29,888 nucleotides of DNA. It comes from Burkholderiales bacterium. GTDB lineage: Bacteria; Pseudomonadota; Gammaproteobacteria; Burkholderiales; SG8-39. The position numbers and the translations under genes were made by a program. The first letter of the stretch is position 1. Each line of letters opens with the position of its first letter. The stretch spans positions 1 through 29,888 of the forward strand of contig DASSJA010000340.1 of the NCBI GenBank assembly GCA_035691445.1. Direction: 5' to 3'. The notes below the pieces were generated by a model. It was not told where the DNA came from, searched no databases, and worked only from the letters and a program-made list of their open reading frames with translations. Shown one piece after another: positions 1 through 9,286 of this stretch.

Positions 1-1000
1 GCGCCTCGAGCGCGCCGACGCAGCCGCGCAGCTCCTGCCCCTGGGTAAGGGTGACGAAGCTTGCGCGCGACTCGCAAAGCCAGGCCTCGTTCGCCTCCGG
101 CGGGTTTCCGCGGGCGCCCAGCGCATCGGCGATCGAGGCGCGGGCGATCCGAAGCAGGCGCCTTCCGTGCTCCGCGCCGTAGCCCGCGCCGTCGGGGGCG
201 AGCGCGAACGAGGCGTAGCCGACGACCCTGTGCCTGTCGCCAGCCGTGTCGCCCGAGTTGCGGCAGTCGAGGAGCCTCGCCGCGAGACCCTTGCGCTTTG
301 CCGCGAGCAGCATGCCGGCGACCGGGGTCGCGCCGCACGCCTGCTCGTGGGAGATGCCGGGGTCGAAATCGAGAATCGCCTGCACGGTGGCTCTGTCGAT
401 CTCGCGCGCCCTGTCGTACGAATGATAGTGCGAGAGGTCCGAGCTGATCACGATGAGGGTCTCGGGCCCGTCCCAAAGACGTTCGAGCACCTCGGCCACC
501 TTCCCGGGAGCCGCATCGCCTACGACGAACGGCACGAGCGAAAAATCCCCGAGCACCTGCTGCAGGAAGGGCAGCTGCACTTCGAGAGCGTGCTCTCCGG
601 CGTGCGTCGCCGCCGATTCCACGACCTGCGGCAGGGCGCGGATCCCCCGCACACCTTCTTCGTCGATCGGGATGCGGCCAAGCGGCGTATCGAAGGCGCC
701 GGCCCGGGGCAGCGCGAGGCCGTGCACCGGAACGCGGTGGCAAGGCCCCAGGAGCACGACGCGCTTCACGATGCCGCGCGCCGGGCGCAGCAGATCGTAG
801 GCGCTCGCCGCGACCGGCCCGGAATAGATGTAGCCGGCGTGGGGAACGATGACGGCTTTGGGAAATCCCGGCGCAAGGGGCGCCTCCTCGGTGCGGTCGA
901 GGTAGGCGGCGACCTCGTCGGCGAGCGCGCGCGCGTCCTCCGGATAGAACAGGCCGGCTACCGCGGGCGGCCGCGCCTCGGGACTCCGAAGGAAGGTCAT
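1..1000 (-). CDS. AmmeMemoRadiSam protein B (Memo) fused to protein A (AMMECR1 domain); truncated by the left window edge
   Basis: Absent from the ORF track because it has no stop inside the window. Hand translation from ATG at 1000 is open to position 2. Memo motifs: RPPAVAGLFYP, PHAGYIYSG, LLGPCH, EHALEVQLPFLQ, SSDLSHY, ACGA, NSGDT, VVGYASF. These are followed in the same frame by the AMMECR1 signature FVTL...ELRGCVG. Confidence 0.93.
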   Translation of the reverse strand, partial: MTFLRSPEARPPAVAGLFYPEDARALADEVAAYLDRTEEAPLAPGFPKAVIVPHAGYIYSGPVAASAYDLLRPARGIVKRVVLLGPCHRVPVHGLALPRAGAFDTPLGRIPIDEEGVRGIRALPQVVESAATHAGEHALEVQLPFLQQVLGDFSLVPFVVGDAAPGKVAEVLERLWDGPETLIVISSDLSHYHSYDRAREIDRATVQAILDFDPGISHEQACGATPVAGMLLAAKRKGLAARLLDCRNSGDTAGDRHRVVGYASFALAPDGAGYGAEHGRRLLRIARASIADALGARGNPPEANEAWLCESRASFVTLTQGQELRGCVGALEA

Positions 1001-1043
1001 GCCTTCAATATAGAACACCCGGCCGCCGGACCCAAGCGGGCGC

Positions 1044-1541
1044 TCATTCGGTTCCCTCCAGTCTGCGGAGCAGGCCTTCGAGCGCAAGCGCGACCGACTG
1101 CCGGCGTATCGTCGCGCGGCTGCCGCGCAGGCGCAGCACCGTGCTGTCCAGCGACCCCTTTTTCCCCGACCACGCGAAGCACACCGTGCCGACGGGCTTT
1201 CTTCGCGTGCCTCCGCCGGGTCCCGCGATACCGGTCACCGCGACCGAGACCTGCGCGCGGCTGCGCGCCAGCGCGCCGGCCGCCATTTCCCTCGCGGTCT
1301 CCTCGCTCACCGCCCCATGGCGCGACAGGGTGCGCTCGCGCACGCCGAGCAGCTCCTTCTTGGCCTGATTCGAATAGGTGACGAACCCGCGCTCGAACCA
1401 CCGCGAGCTCCCCGCGACGGAGGTGATCGCCTGCGCGACCCAGCCGCCGGTGCAGGACTCGGCGGTGGCGAGCTTCAGTTTGCGATTCTGCAGGCGCACG
1501 CCGACGCGCCTTGCCAACGCCCCCAGCGCATCCCTGGCCAT
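1044..1541 (-). CDS. pncC: CinA C-terminal family protein / NMN amidohydrolase
   Basis: LATAESCTGG, GSSRWFERGFVTYSN, GAVSEETAREMA, AVTGIAGPGGG, KPVGTVCFAW. Start placed at ATG 1541, overlapping the pgpA stop (TGATG). Confidence 0.93.
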   Translation of the reverse strand: MARDALGALARRVGVRLQNRKLKLATAESCTGGWVAQAITSVAGSSRWFERGFVTYSNQAKKELLGVRERTLSRHGAVSEETAREMAAGALARSRAQVSVAVTGIAGPGGGTRRKPVGTVCFAWSGKKGSLDSTVLRLRGSRATIRRQSVALALEGLLRRLEGTE

Positions 1542-2026
1542 CAGCCGAGCACCCTTTTCACGAGCGCGATGAGCAGCAGCGTGTAGAACGCGGCGAGGAT
1601 ATCGTCGAGCATCACGCCCAAGCCGCCTTTCAGCGCCCGGTCGATGTCGCCGATGGGCGGAGGCTTGACCACGTCGAAAAAACGGAACGCGAAGAACGCG
1701 AGCGTCCACCAAGCGGGGCCCCGCGGCGCGACCAGGAGCACGAGAAGCATGGCGACAACCTCGTCCCAGTTCATCGCGCCGTGGTCCGCGACGCCGAGGT
1801 CGCGCCCGGTGCGCCCGCACGCCCAGACGCCGATCGCAAAAAGAACCACGATCACCCCGAAAAGCGGCAAGGGGTCGAGCCAGGCGTCGAGCAGCACATA
1901 GATCGGAAACGCGAGCAGCGTGCCGGCCGTGCCCGGAGCCACGGGCACGAGCCCTGTCCCGAAGCCGAGCGCGATGATGCGCGCCGGGCGAGCGAACGCG
2001 AAGCCTGCGGTGATCCGCGGAATCAT
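1541..2026 (-). CDS. pgpA: Phosphatidylglycerophosphatase A
   Basis: LGFGTGLVPVAPGTAGT, DHGAMNWDEVV, FRFFDVVKPPPI, GGLGVMLDDILA; typical position after thiL. Confidence 0.96.
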   Translation of the reverse strand: MIPRITAGFAFARPARIIALGFGTGLVPVAPGTAGTLLAFPIYVLLDAWLDPLPLFGVIVVLFAIGVWACGRTGRDLGVADHGAMNWDEVVAMLLVLLVAPRGPAWWTLAFFAFRFFDVVKPPPIGDIDRALKGGLGVMLDDILAAFYTLLLIALVKRVLG

Positions 2027-2982
2027 GCGAAGTGATCGAAGCCCGCGCGCGGCGCGGAAACGGCCTTGCCCCGGGCGTCGCGCAGGTTGATCTTGGGCCT
2101 GCCGGCCACCGTCGCGCCGATGCGCGCGAGAGGAATCCCCAGGTTTCTTCCCAGTGCCTCTATCCTGGCCCGCCGGGAGCGCGACGCGGTGAAGAGCAAT
2201 TCGTAGTCGTCACCACCCGCGAGCAGGCAGTCTCTTGCAAGAATCCTGTCGGGGCACGAAGCGATCGCCTGAGCCCGCGGAAGCTCATCCCAGCGAAGTT
2301 CCGCACCCACGCCCGAAGCTCTGAGGACGTGTCCCAGATCGGCGAGCAACCCATCCGAGACGTCGATTGCGCTGCGCGCAAGACCGCGCAGCCGCCTTCC
2401 GAGCGCGACGCGCGGTTCGGGCGTGTGCAGGCGCGCGAGGCAGGCCTTGCGCGCCGCGCTCCGGAGCCTGACGCGGCCCTTGAGATGCGCGAGCGCGAGC
2501 GCGGCCTCGCCGGTCGTCCCCGAGAGCCAGATGTCCTCTCCTGCGCGCGCCGCGTCCCGCCGCAATGCGGAATCGCGGGGTATTTCGCCGATCGCCGTGA
2601 TCGAAATGGCGAGCGGGCCCCGGGTCGTGTCCCCGCCGATCAGCTCGACTCCGAAACGGCGGGCGAGCCGGAAGAAACCCCTTGCGAAGGCGGCGATCCA
2701 CTTTTCGTTCGCTCCGGGGAGCGCGATCGCAAGCAGCGCCCAGCGCGGGTCGGCGCCCATGGCGGCGAGATCCGATAGGTTGACGGCGAGCGCCTTGTGC
2801 CCGAGCTTGCCCGGATCGGCGCCGGCGAAAAAATGCCGCCCTGCGAGCAGCATGTCGGTCGACACCGCGAGCGTCGTGCCCGCGCGGGGGCTCAACAGGG
2901 CGCAGTCGTCCCCGATGCCGAGCAACGCGGTCGGCGCTGGCCGCGTGAAGTACTTTCGGATGATCTCGAATTCCGAGGGCAT
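2023..2982 (-). CDS. thiL: Thiamine-monophosphate kinase
   Basis: EFEIIRKYF, GIGDDCALL, STDMLLAGRHF, AVNLSDLAAMGA, LIGGDTTRG, IDVSDGLLADL, GGDDYELLF. Confidence 0.97.
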   Translation of the reverse strand: MPSEFEIIRKYFTRPAPTALLGIGDDCALLSPRAGTTLAVSTDMLLAGRHFFAGADPGKLGHKALAVNLSDLAAMGADPRWALLAIALPGANEKWIAAFARGFFRLARRFGVELIGGDTTRGPLAISITAIGEIPRDSALRRDAARAGEDIWLSGTTGEAALALAHLKGRVRLRSAARKACLARLHTPEPRVALGRRLRGLARSAIDVSDGLLADLGHVLRASGVGAELRWDELPRAQAIASCPDRILARDCLLAGGDDYELLFTASRSRRARIEALGRNLGIPLARIGATVAGRPKINLRDARGKAVSAPRAGFDHFA

Positions 2983-2988
2983 GGGACC

Positions 2989-3417
2989 TCAGCCCGTTTT
3001 CTTGCGCTCGTCCGGGCGCAGCGCCGCCGCGACCTTGTCGAGCACGCCGTTGACGTACTTGTGGCCGTCGGTGCCGCCGAATTCCTTGGCGAGCTCGATC
3101 GCCTCGTTGATGACCACCCTGTAGGGGATGTCGGGTGCGTGCTTGAGCTCGAACGCCGCGAGCAGCAGGATCCCGCGCTCCACCGGCGAGAGCTCCTTCA
3201 GCCTGCGGTCGAGTGTGGGCTCGATCACGCGCTCGAGCGCACCGGCCTCCTCGATGGTTCCCCGGAGCAGGCGCGCGAAATACTTTGAATCGGCCTTGCC
3301 GAATTCCTTCGATTCGGCGAGCTGGGTCTGCAGCCCCGCCGCGTCTTCGCCCGAGAGCTGCCAGGCGTACAGGGCTTGCAGCGCGAGCTCGCGTGAGCGG
3401 CGCCGCGCCGATTTCAT
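2989..3417 (-). CDS. nusB: Transcription antitermination factor NusB
   Basis: [37 protein letters not shown]. Real start is ATG 3417 (ATGA overlap with the ribH stop), not 3774. Confidence 0.97.
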   Translation of the reverse strand: MKSARRRSRELALQALYAWQLSGEDAAGLQTQLAESKEFGKADSKYFARLLRGTIEEAGALERVIEPTLDRRLKELSPVERGILLLAAFELKHAPDIPYRVVINEAIELAKEFGGTDGHKYVNGVLDKVAAALRPDERKKTG

Positions 3418-3872
3418 CGGTGACTCTTCGCGACGTTCCTGGCGAGGTTCGCCATCTCCACCGCAACCTCGGCGCAATCTCTCCCCTTTCGCGCGGCGCG
3501 CGAGCGGGCCTGCTCCTCCGTGTCGGCAGTGAGGATTCCGTTCGCGACGGGAATGCCGGCGTCGAGCTGCACCTGCATCAGTCCCGACGCGGACTCGTTG
3601 GCGACGATCTCGAAATGGTAGGTCTCGCCCCGGATGACGGCGCCGAGCGCGATCAGCGCGTCGTAGCTCCCGGTGTTGGCGAGCTTTTGCAGCGCAAGCG
3701 GGACTTCCAGCGAGCCCGGGACCGTGACCACGGCGAGCGTGACAGCGCGCAGCTCGGCAAGCCGCTCGCGGCATGCTTCGAGCATGGCCGTGCCGATCTC
3801 CTCGTTGAAGCGCGAGCGCACTATCCCGACCCGCAGGCCCTCCCCGCTCAAGTCGGGCTTGATCTCGGTCAT
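3414..3872 (-). CDS. ribH: 6,7-dimethyl-8-ribityllumazine synthase
   Basis: [39 protein letters not shown]. Start ATG 3872 (TGATG overlap with ribBA). Confidence 0.97.
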   Translation of the reverse strand: MTEIKPDLSGEGLRVGIVRSRFNEEIGTAMLEACRERLAELRAVTLAVVTVPGSLEVPLALQKLANTGSYDALIALGAVIRGETYHFEIVANESASGLMQVQLDAGIPVANGILTADTEEQARSRAARKGRDCAEVAVEMANLARNVAKSHR

Positions 3873-4981
3873 CAGCCGTCCCGCGTCTTGGCCGCCTTCT
3901 CCGCGTAGCCGGTGACCTCGAGCTCCCATCCGGCCATGCTGGGCATCTTGCGCGGCGAGGCCATGAGCCGCATCTTGCCTACCCTGAGATCGCGCAGGAT
4001 CTGCGCGCCGATACCGTAGGTGAGGAAATCCATCCGGGACGCGTTGTCCGGCCGCTCGGCCGAGGCTACGCGCTCGATCAGCTGAGCGGCGCCCTCGGAG
4101 CAATTCAGCAGCACCATCACACCCCTGCCCTCGGCGGCGATGCGCTCGAGCGCATCGTCCACGGACCACGAGTGCGTGCCAGGGCCCGCTTCGAGGAGAT
4201 CGATGGCGGAAAGCGGCGCATGCACGCGCACGAGCGTCTCCCTGTCGGGAACGATCTCGCCTCGCACCAACGCGAGCTGCGTCCCGCCGGTCAGCTTTTC
4301 CAGGTAGGCGACGAGCCGGAACGGGCCGAAGCGCGTCTGGATCGCGCGCTCGGTGACGCGCTTGATGAGCGATTCATTCTGGCTGCGGTAGCGAATGAGA
4401 TCGGCGATCGAGCCGATCTTCAAGCCGTGGCGCGCGGAGAACTCGATCAGATCGGGCAGGCGCGCCATGCTGCCGTCGTCCTTCATGATCTCGCACAGCA
4501 CCGCCGCCGGATGCAGTCCAGCGAGTTGCGCCAGATCGCAGCACGCCTCGGTATGCCCCGCGCGCGCGAGCACCCCGCCCGCCTGCGCGACGAGCGGGAA
4601 CACGTGGCCCGGCTGGACGATGTCGCGGGGCGTCGCCCTTGCCGACGCCGCGACCTTGATGGTGCGCGCGCGGTCGGCGGCCGAGATCCCGGTAGTCACC
4701 CCCGAGGCGGCCTCGATCGAAACCGTGAAGTTCGTCCCGTGGATCGAGCGGTTGCGCGCCACCATCGGGAGAAGGTTCAGGCGCTCGGCGTGTGCTTCGG
4801 TGATCGGCATGCAGATCAGGCCGCGGCCGAACTTCGCCATGAAATTGATCTTCTCCGCGGTGACGAATTCCGCCGCGAAGATAAGATCACCCTCGTTCTC
4901 GCGATCCTCGTCGTCGACGAGGACAGCCATCCGCCCGGTTTTCAGCTCGGCGATGATTTCGGAAATCGAGTTGAGGCTCAT
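3872..4981 (-). CDS. ribBA: DHBP synthase fused to a degenerate GTP cyclohydrolase II-like domain (RibBA/RibBX type)
   Basis: RibB motifs [49 protein letters not shown]. The C-terminal domain has LVRVH and [11 protein letters not shown] but not the Zn-binding cysteines. Confidence 0.93.
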   Translation of the reverse strand: MSLNSISEIIAELKTGRMAVLVDDEDRENEGDLIFAAEFVTAEKINFMAKFGRGLICMPITEAHAERLNLLPMVARNRSIHGTNFTVSIEAASGVTTGISAADRARTIKVAASARATPRDIVQPGHVFPLVAQAGGVLARAGHTEACCDLAQLAGLHPAAVLCEIMKDDGSMARLPDLIEFSARHGLKIGSIADLIRYRSQNESLIKRVTERAIQTRFGPFRLVAYLEKLTGGTQLALVRGEIVPDRETLVRVHAPLSAIDLLEAGPGTHSWSVDDALERIAAEGRGVMVLLNCSEGAAQLIERVASAERPDNASRMDFLTYGIGAQILRDLRVGKMRLMASPRKMPSMAGWELEVTGYAEKAAKTRDG

Positions 4982-5000
4982 GGGAGAATGCCCTGCGCGG

Positions 5001-5006
5001 ATTTTA
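5001..5006 (-). promoter_or_regulatory. Candidate sigma70 -10 hexamer (TAAAAT) for ribBA-ribH-nusB-thiL-pgpA-pncC
   Basis: TAAAAT 19 nt upstream of the ribBA ATG; no clear -35. Confidence 0.4.
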
Positions 5007-5013
5007 CGCCTAA

Positions 5014-5028
5014 ACGGCGCAGCGCCGT
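5014..5028 (-). terminator. Possible weak intrinsic terminator / hairpin after rplS
   Basis: ACGGCGC-t-GCGCCGT inverted repeat followed by only a short T run on the minus strand. A second inverted repeat (CGGCGCC...GGCGCCG) lies at about 5040-5064. Confidence 0.3.
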
Positions 5029-5075
5029 CCCTCCCGAGCCGGCGCCACGCGAGCGGCGGCGCCGTCCGCGGCGTC

Positions 5076-5453
5076 CTACTGACCTTCGCCCTCTTCCTGG
5101 CCTTCGATCTTCTCGCGGATGCGCGCGCCCTTGCCCGACAGCGCGCGCATGTAGTAGAGCTTGGCGCGGCGCACGTCGCCTTTCCGCTTCAGCTCGACCG
5201 AGGCGATCATCGGCGAATAGGTCTGGAAGGTGCGCTCGACCCCCTCGCCCGAGGACACCTTGCGCACGGTGAACGAGGAATTGATGCCTCGGTTTCTCTT
5301 GGCGATCACCACGCCCTCGTAGGCCTGCACGCGCTTGCGCTCGCCTTCCACGACGCTCACGTTGACGATCACCGTGTCGCCCGGAGAAAACTCGGGGAGC
5401 GTGCGCCCCATGCGCTTGATTTCTTCCTGTTCGAGTTTTTCAATGATATTCAT
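5076..5453 (-). CDS. rplS: 50S ribosomal protein L19
   Basis: [52 protein letters not shown]. Confidence 0.99.
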   Translation of the reverse strand: MNIIEKLEQEEIKRMGRTLPEFSPGDTVIVNVSVVEGERKRVQAYEGVVIAKRNRGINSSFTVRKVSSGEGVERTFQTYSPMIASVELKRKGDVRRAKLYYMRALSGKGARIREKIEGQEEGEGQ

Positions 5454-5457
5454 TGCG

Positions 5458-6201
5458 CTATTCCTTCATCTCTCGCTTGAATTCCTCGAGCAGCCTGCGC
5501 TCGCTCTCGCTCAATTCCCGCCGCGCCATCAGCTCCGGCCGCCGCAGCCAGGTGCGCCCCAGCGACTGCTTCAGCCGCCAGCGCTCGATCTGCGCATGGT
5601 GCCCCGACATCAGGACCTCGGGCACCGCCGTTCCTTCGTATACTTCCGGCCGCGTGTACTGCGGGCAATCGAGCAGACCGTTCACGAACGAATCCTGCTC
5701 CGCCGACATCCCGTCTCCGAGCGCGCCGGGCAGCTGCCGCACCACGGCGTCGATCAGCACCATCGCCGCGAGCTCGCCGCCTGAGAGCACGTAGTCGCCG
5801 ATCGACAGCTCCTCGTCCACCGCGGCGCGTATCAAACGCTCGTCGACGCCCTCATAGCGTCCGCAGAGCAGAATCAAACGCGTCTCCCCGGAGAGCCGCA
5901 TCACCTTCGCGTGATCCATAACCGGCCCTTGAGGCGAGAGATGGATCACCTTCGCGTCGCCCGTCGCCGCCGCCTTCGCCGCGGCGATCGCCTTCGCGAG
6001 CGGCTCGGCGAGCATCACCATGCCGGGCCCGCCCCCGTACGGCCTGTCATCGACCGTGCGGTAGTTGTCCGTCGTGAAATCCCGCGGATTCCACAGGGCG
6101 AGACTCCACAGCCCTTCTTCGCGCGCCCGCCGCGTCACGCCGAACTCGCTCACCGCCGCGAACGCATCCGGGAAGAGCGTCACGCAGTCGAAGCGGATCA
6201 C
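5458..6201 (-). CDS. trmD: tRNA (guanine37-N1)-methyltransferase
   Basis: [59 protein letters not shown]. Start GTG 6201 overlaps the rimM stop (GTGA). Confidence 0.98.
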   Translation of the reverse strand: MIRFDCVTLFPDAFAAVSEFGVTRRAREEGLWSLALWNPRDFTTDNYRTVDDRPYGGGPGMVMLAEPLAKAIAAAKAAATGDAKVIHLSPQGPVMDHAKVMRLSGETRLILLCGRYEGVDERLIRAAVDEELSIGDYVLSGGELAAMVLIDAVVRQLPGALGDGMSAEQDSFVNGLLDCPQYTRPEVYEGTAVPEVLMSGHHAQIERWRLKQSLGRTWLRRPELMARRELSESERRLLEEFKREMKE

Positions 6202-6707
6202 CAGTCCGCTCCCCACTCCACTTCGACCCTGCCGGCCTCCAGATCGATCCTCCGGATCACGTCCCCCGCGACAGGCAGGAGCCGCTCGCCGCCTTCGTGC
6301 TCGACGCGCATCACGTCGTGCACGCCGGCGCTGAAGAATTCCTTCACTCGACCCAGGACTTCGCCCCGGGCGTTCACTACTTCGAAGCCGACCACATCGC
6401 CCTGGTAGAACTCGTGCTCGGCGGTCTTGGGCAGATCCTTGCGCTCGATCCCGATCTCGGCCCCTCGATACATGCCCGCCTGCTCAGGATTCGCGCAGCC
6501 TTCGAAGCGCGCGACCAGGTAGCCTCCGTGCTCGCGGCACTCCGCCACCGCGACCTTCCTGTGCTTCCCCGGTTCGCCGACCCACCACTCGGAAAACTTC
6601 CAGAGGCTGGCACCGAAGCGCTCGATCTTTACGGCGCCTTTCACACCCCAGGGCGCCAACACGCGCCCCATTACCACCAGTTTGGTTGGCGCCGCCAACC
6701 AGCCCAC
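6198..6707 (-). CDS. rimM: Ribosome maturation factor RimM (start uncertain; alternative ATG at 6671)
   Basis: [43 protein letters not shown]; lies between rpsP and trmD. Confidence 0.93.
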   Translation of the reverse strand: MGWLAAPTKLVVMGRVLAPWGVKGAVKIERFGASLWKFSEWWVGEPGKHRKVAVAECREHGGYLVARFEGCANPEQAGMYRGAEIGIERKDLPKTAEHEFYQGDVVGFEVVNARGEVLGRVKEFFSAGVHDVMRVEHEGGERLLPVAGDVIRRIDLEAGRVEVEWGADW

Positions 6708-6710
6708 CGC

Positions 6711-6974
6711 TTACTTGGCCGCGGCCTCGGCCGGCGCCTTGTAACCCTTGAACAGTCGCGCCACCGTCGGAGACAGCTTCGCGCCCTTGCCGCGCCAGAA
6801 AGCAAGCCGGTCGGTCGCAAAGCGCAGCGACTCGCGACCTTCGGGCCCCTTCGGGTCGTAGAAGCCCACGCGCTCGATGAAGAGCTTGCCGGCGGCGCGG
6901 CGCGAATCGGCGACCACCACGTTGTAAAAGGGCCGCTTCTTGGCCCCGCCGCGCGCGAGTCGAATCACCACCAT
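6711..6974 (-). CDS. rpsP: 30S ribosomal protein S16
   Basis: [48 protein letters not shown]. Confidence 0.98.
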   Translation of the reverse strand: MVVIRLARGGAKKRPFYNVVVADSRRAAGKLFIERVGFYDPKGPEGRESLRFATDRLAFWRGKGAKLSPTVARLFKGYKAPAEAAAK

Positions 6975-7004
6975 GTCGGGATTACCGGAGTCGAAAAGGG
7001 CGTG

Positions 7005-7034
7005 ATTCTACGCGAGCCGGGCTCTGATTGGCAA
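7005..7034 (-). promoter_or_regulatory. Sigma70-type promoter of the rpsP-rimM-trmD-rplS operon
   Basis: TTGCCA (7034-7029), 18-nt spacer, TAGAAT (7010-7005). Confidence 0.7.
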
Positions 7035-7069
7035 GGGAAAATCGGTTTGGGCCCGCGGTCGCGCGACAG

Positions 7070-8419
7070 CTACCGCGTCCCCGGCATGAATCCCTTCATC
7101 CCCCGCGCCATGCGCGCGAGGCCGCCGCCCTTCATCGCTTTCATCATCTTCTGCATCTGCTCGAACTGGGCGAGGAGGCGGTTCACCTCCTGCACGGGAA
7201 CGCCCGCACCCACGGCGATGCGCCTTTTCCGGGACGCCTTGATGATCTCGGGCTTCGAGCGCTCCTCTGGGGTCATCGAGTTGATGATGCCTTCGACGCG
7301 GCGCAGCTGCTTTTCGTCCACCCGCTGCGACTGCAGGCCCTGGGCGAACTGCGCAGGAAGCTTCTCGATCAGCGCCGCCATGCCGCCCATCTTGCGCATC
7401 TGGCCGATCTGCTGCTTGAAGTCCTCGAGGTCGAAGCCCTTGCCTTTCTTCACCTTCTCGGCGAGCTTCTTCGCTTCCTCGACGTCGACGCTCCTGTGCG
7501 CCTCTTCGACGAGCGAGAGCACGTCACCCATGCCGAGGATGCGCGAGGCCATGCGCTCGGGATGGAAGACTTCGAGGCCGTCGGGCTTTTCGCTCACGCC
7601 CGCGAGCTTGATCGGCTTTCCCGTGACGTGGCGCACCGAGAGCGCAGCCCCGCCGCGCGCATCGCCGTCGAGCTTGGTGAGGACGACGCCGGTGAGCGGC
7701 AGCGCTTCGTTGAACGCGCGAGCGACGTTCACCGCATCCTGTCCCTGCATCGCATCGACGACGAAGAGCGTTTCGACGGGCGAGAGCGCTGCGTGGAGCT
7801 CGGTGATCTCCCGCATCATCGGCGCGTCGATCGCGAGGCGCCCGGCGGTGTCGACGACGAGAACGTCGTAGTAGCGTTTTTTTGCGTGGTCGAGCGCGGC
7901 AAGGGCGATGGCGAGCGGCTTGTCACCGGCGTGCGATGGAAAAAGATCGACACCAATCTGCGCAGCGAGCACGCCGAGCTGCTCGATCGCCGCAGGCCGG
8001 TAGACGTCGCAGGAGACCAGCAGGGGCTTCTTGCCGCGCTCGTCCTTCAGCATCTTCGCGAGCTTGGCCGCCGTTGTCGTTTTCCCCGAACCCTGCAGGC
8101 CCGCGAGGAGCACGACCGCGGGGGGCGCGACCGCGAGATCGAGCTCGGCGTTCTCCGTGCCCATGAGCGCAGCGAGCTCTCTGTGCACGACGCCGACGAG
8201 CGCCTGGCCCGGCGTTAGGCTCTCCGCAACGTCCTGCCCCAGCGCCGCCTCGCGCACGCGTTCGACGAAAGCCTTGACGACGGAAACTGCGGCGTCCGCC
8301 TCGAGGAGCGCCATGCGCACTTCGCGCAGCGCTTCCTGAACGTTCGATTCAGTGAGGCGCGCCTCGCCGCGAATCGTCTTGGCGACTCGTGCGAGCCGCC
8401 GGGTCAGGTTGTCGAGCAC
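7070..8419 (-). CDS. ffh: Signal recognition particle protein Ffh
   Basis: ALLEADA, GLQGSGKTTT, DVYRPAAIEQL, DTAGR, TKLDGDARGGAALS, FHPERMASRILGMGD, SRKRRIA M-domain; GTG start. Confidence 0.99.
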   Translation of the reverse strand: MLDNLTRRLARVAKTIRGEARLTESNVQEALREVRMALLEADAAVSVVKAFVERVREAALGQDVAESLTPGQALVGVVHRELAALMGTENAELDLAVAPPAVVLLAGLQGSGKTTTAAKLAKMLKDERGKKPLLVSCDVYRPAAIEQLGVLAAQIGVDLFPSHAGDKPLAIALAALDHAKKRYYDVLVVDTAGRLAIDAPMMREITELHAALSPVETLFVVDAMQGQDAVNVARAFNEALPLTGVVLTKLDGDARGGAALSVRHVTGKPIKLAGVSEKPDGLEVFHPERMASRILGMGDVLSLVEEAHRSVDVEEAKKLAEKVKKGKGFDLEDFKQQIGQMRKMGGMAALIEKLPAQFAQGLQSQRVDEKQLRRVEGIINSMTPEERSKPEIIKASRKRRIAVGAGVPVQEVNRLLAQFEQMQKMMKAMKGGGLARMARGMKGFMPGTR

Positions 8420-8451
8420 GGGAAGGCGCGGCGCCGGTGTACACTTTAGGA

Positions 8452-9273
8452 ATGCCGGCGATTCTACTCTACGGCGCGACGTTTCTCCTCTACGCGGCGC
8501 TCGGATTCCATTTCTGGCGCACGCGCTGGCGTGGTGCGTACGCGCCGAAATTCACACGCTGGGAACGTGCGGCCATCCTCGCGCCCCTGGCGCTGCATAC
8601 CTGGCTCGTTTACGACATGCTGCTCGGGCACGCCGAGCTGCGCTTCGGCTTCGGACAGGCGCTCTCGGTGATGCTGTGGCTCGCGGTGCTGATCTACTGG
8701 GTCGAGAGCCGCTTCCTCTCGGTCGAAGGCATGCAAGCGCCGATTCTCGCGCTCGCCGCGGTGTGCGTGCCCCTGCCCGCGCTCTTTCCCGGCCTGGCCA
8801 CGACCTCGTCTTCGCATTCCACCGAATTCCGCCTGCACCTCGCGCTGGCGATGATCGCTTACGGGATGTTCACGATCGCGGCGCTGCACGCGCTCCTGAT
8901 GACGCTGATGGAGCGGCGCCTGCACGGAGGCGCGCTCGTCGGGCCGCTCGCGGCGCTACCGCCGCTGCTCACGATGGAGCGTCTCCTCTTCCGGGTGATC
9001 CTCGTCGGGTTCGCGTTCCTGACCCTCACGCTGGTGACCGGGATCGCCTTCTCCGAGACGCTTTTCGGGCGTGCGATGAAGTTCGACCACAAGACGGTCT
9101 TCGCGGTCGCCTCCTGGTTCATTTTTGCGGCCTTGCTCGCGGGCCGCTACTTGTACGGCTGGCGCGGGCGCACGGCGCTGCGCTGGACGCTCGCCGGGTT
9201 CGTCGCCTTGCTGCTCGCCTACGTCGGCAGCCGCTTCGTTCTCGAAGTGGTCCTGCGGCGCGGCCTCGGGTAG
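8452..9273 (+). CDS. Cytochrome c assembly (CcsA/YpjD-like) inner-membrane protein
   Basis: Multiple hydrophobic helices, LHLALAMIAYG, LPPLLTMERLLF, GFAFLTLTLVTG, HKTVF, GWRGR, LLLAYVGSRFVLEV. Divergent from ffh as ypjD is in E. coli. Start ATG 8452. Confidence 0.88.
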   Translation: MPAILLYGATFLLYAALGFHFWRTRWRGAYAPKFTRWERAAILAPLALHTWLVYDMLLGHAELRFGFGQALSVMLWLAVLIYWVESRFLSVEGMQAPILALAAVCVPLPALFPGLATTSSSHSTEFRLHLALAMIAYGMFTIAALHALLMTLMERRLHGGALVGPLAALPPLLTMERLLFRVILVGFAFLTLTLVTGIAFSETLFGRAMKFDHKTVFAVASWFIFAALLAGRYLYGWRGRTALRWTLAGFVALLLAYVGSRFVLEVVLRRGLG

Positions 9274-9286
9274 GGGGAGCGCCGCC

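Noticed and set aside
4982-5075. FMN riboswitch upstream of ribBA
   Set aside because: The gap is only 94 bp and lacks the conserved RFN sequence blocks; only generic GC hairpins are present.
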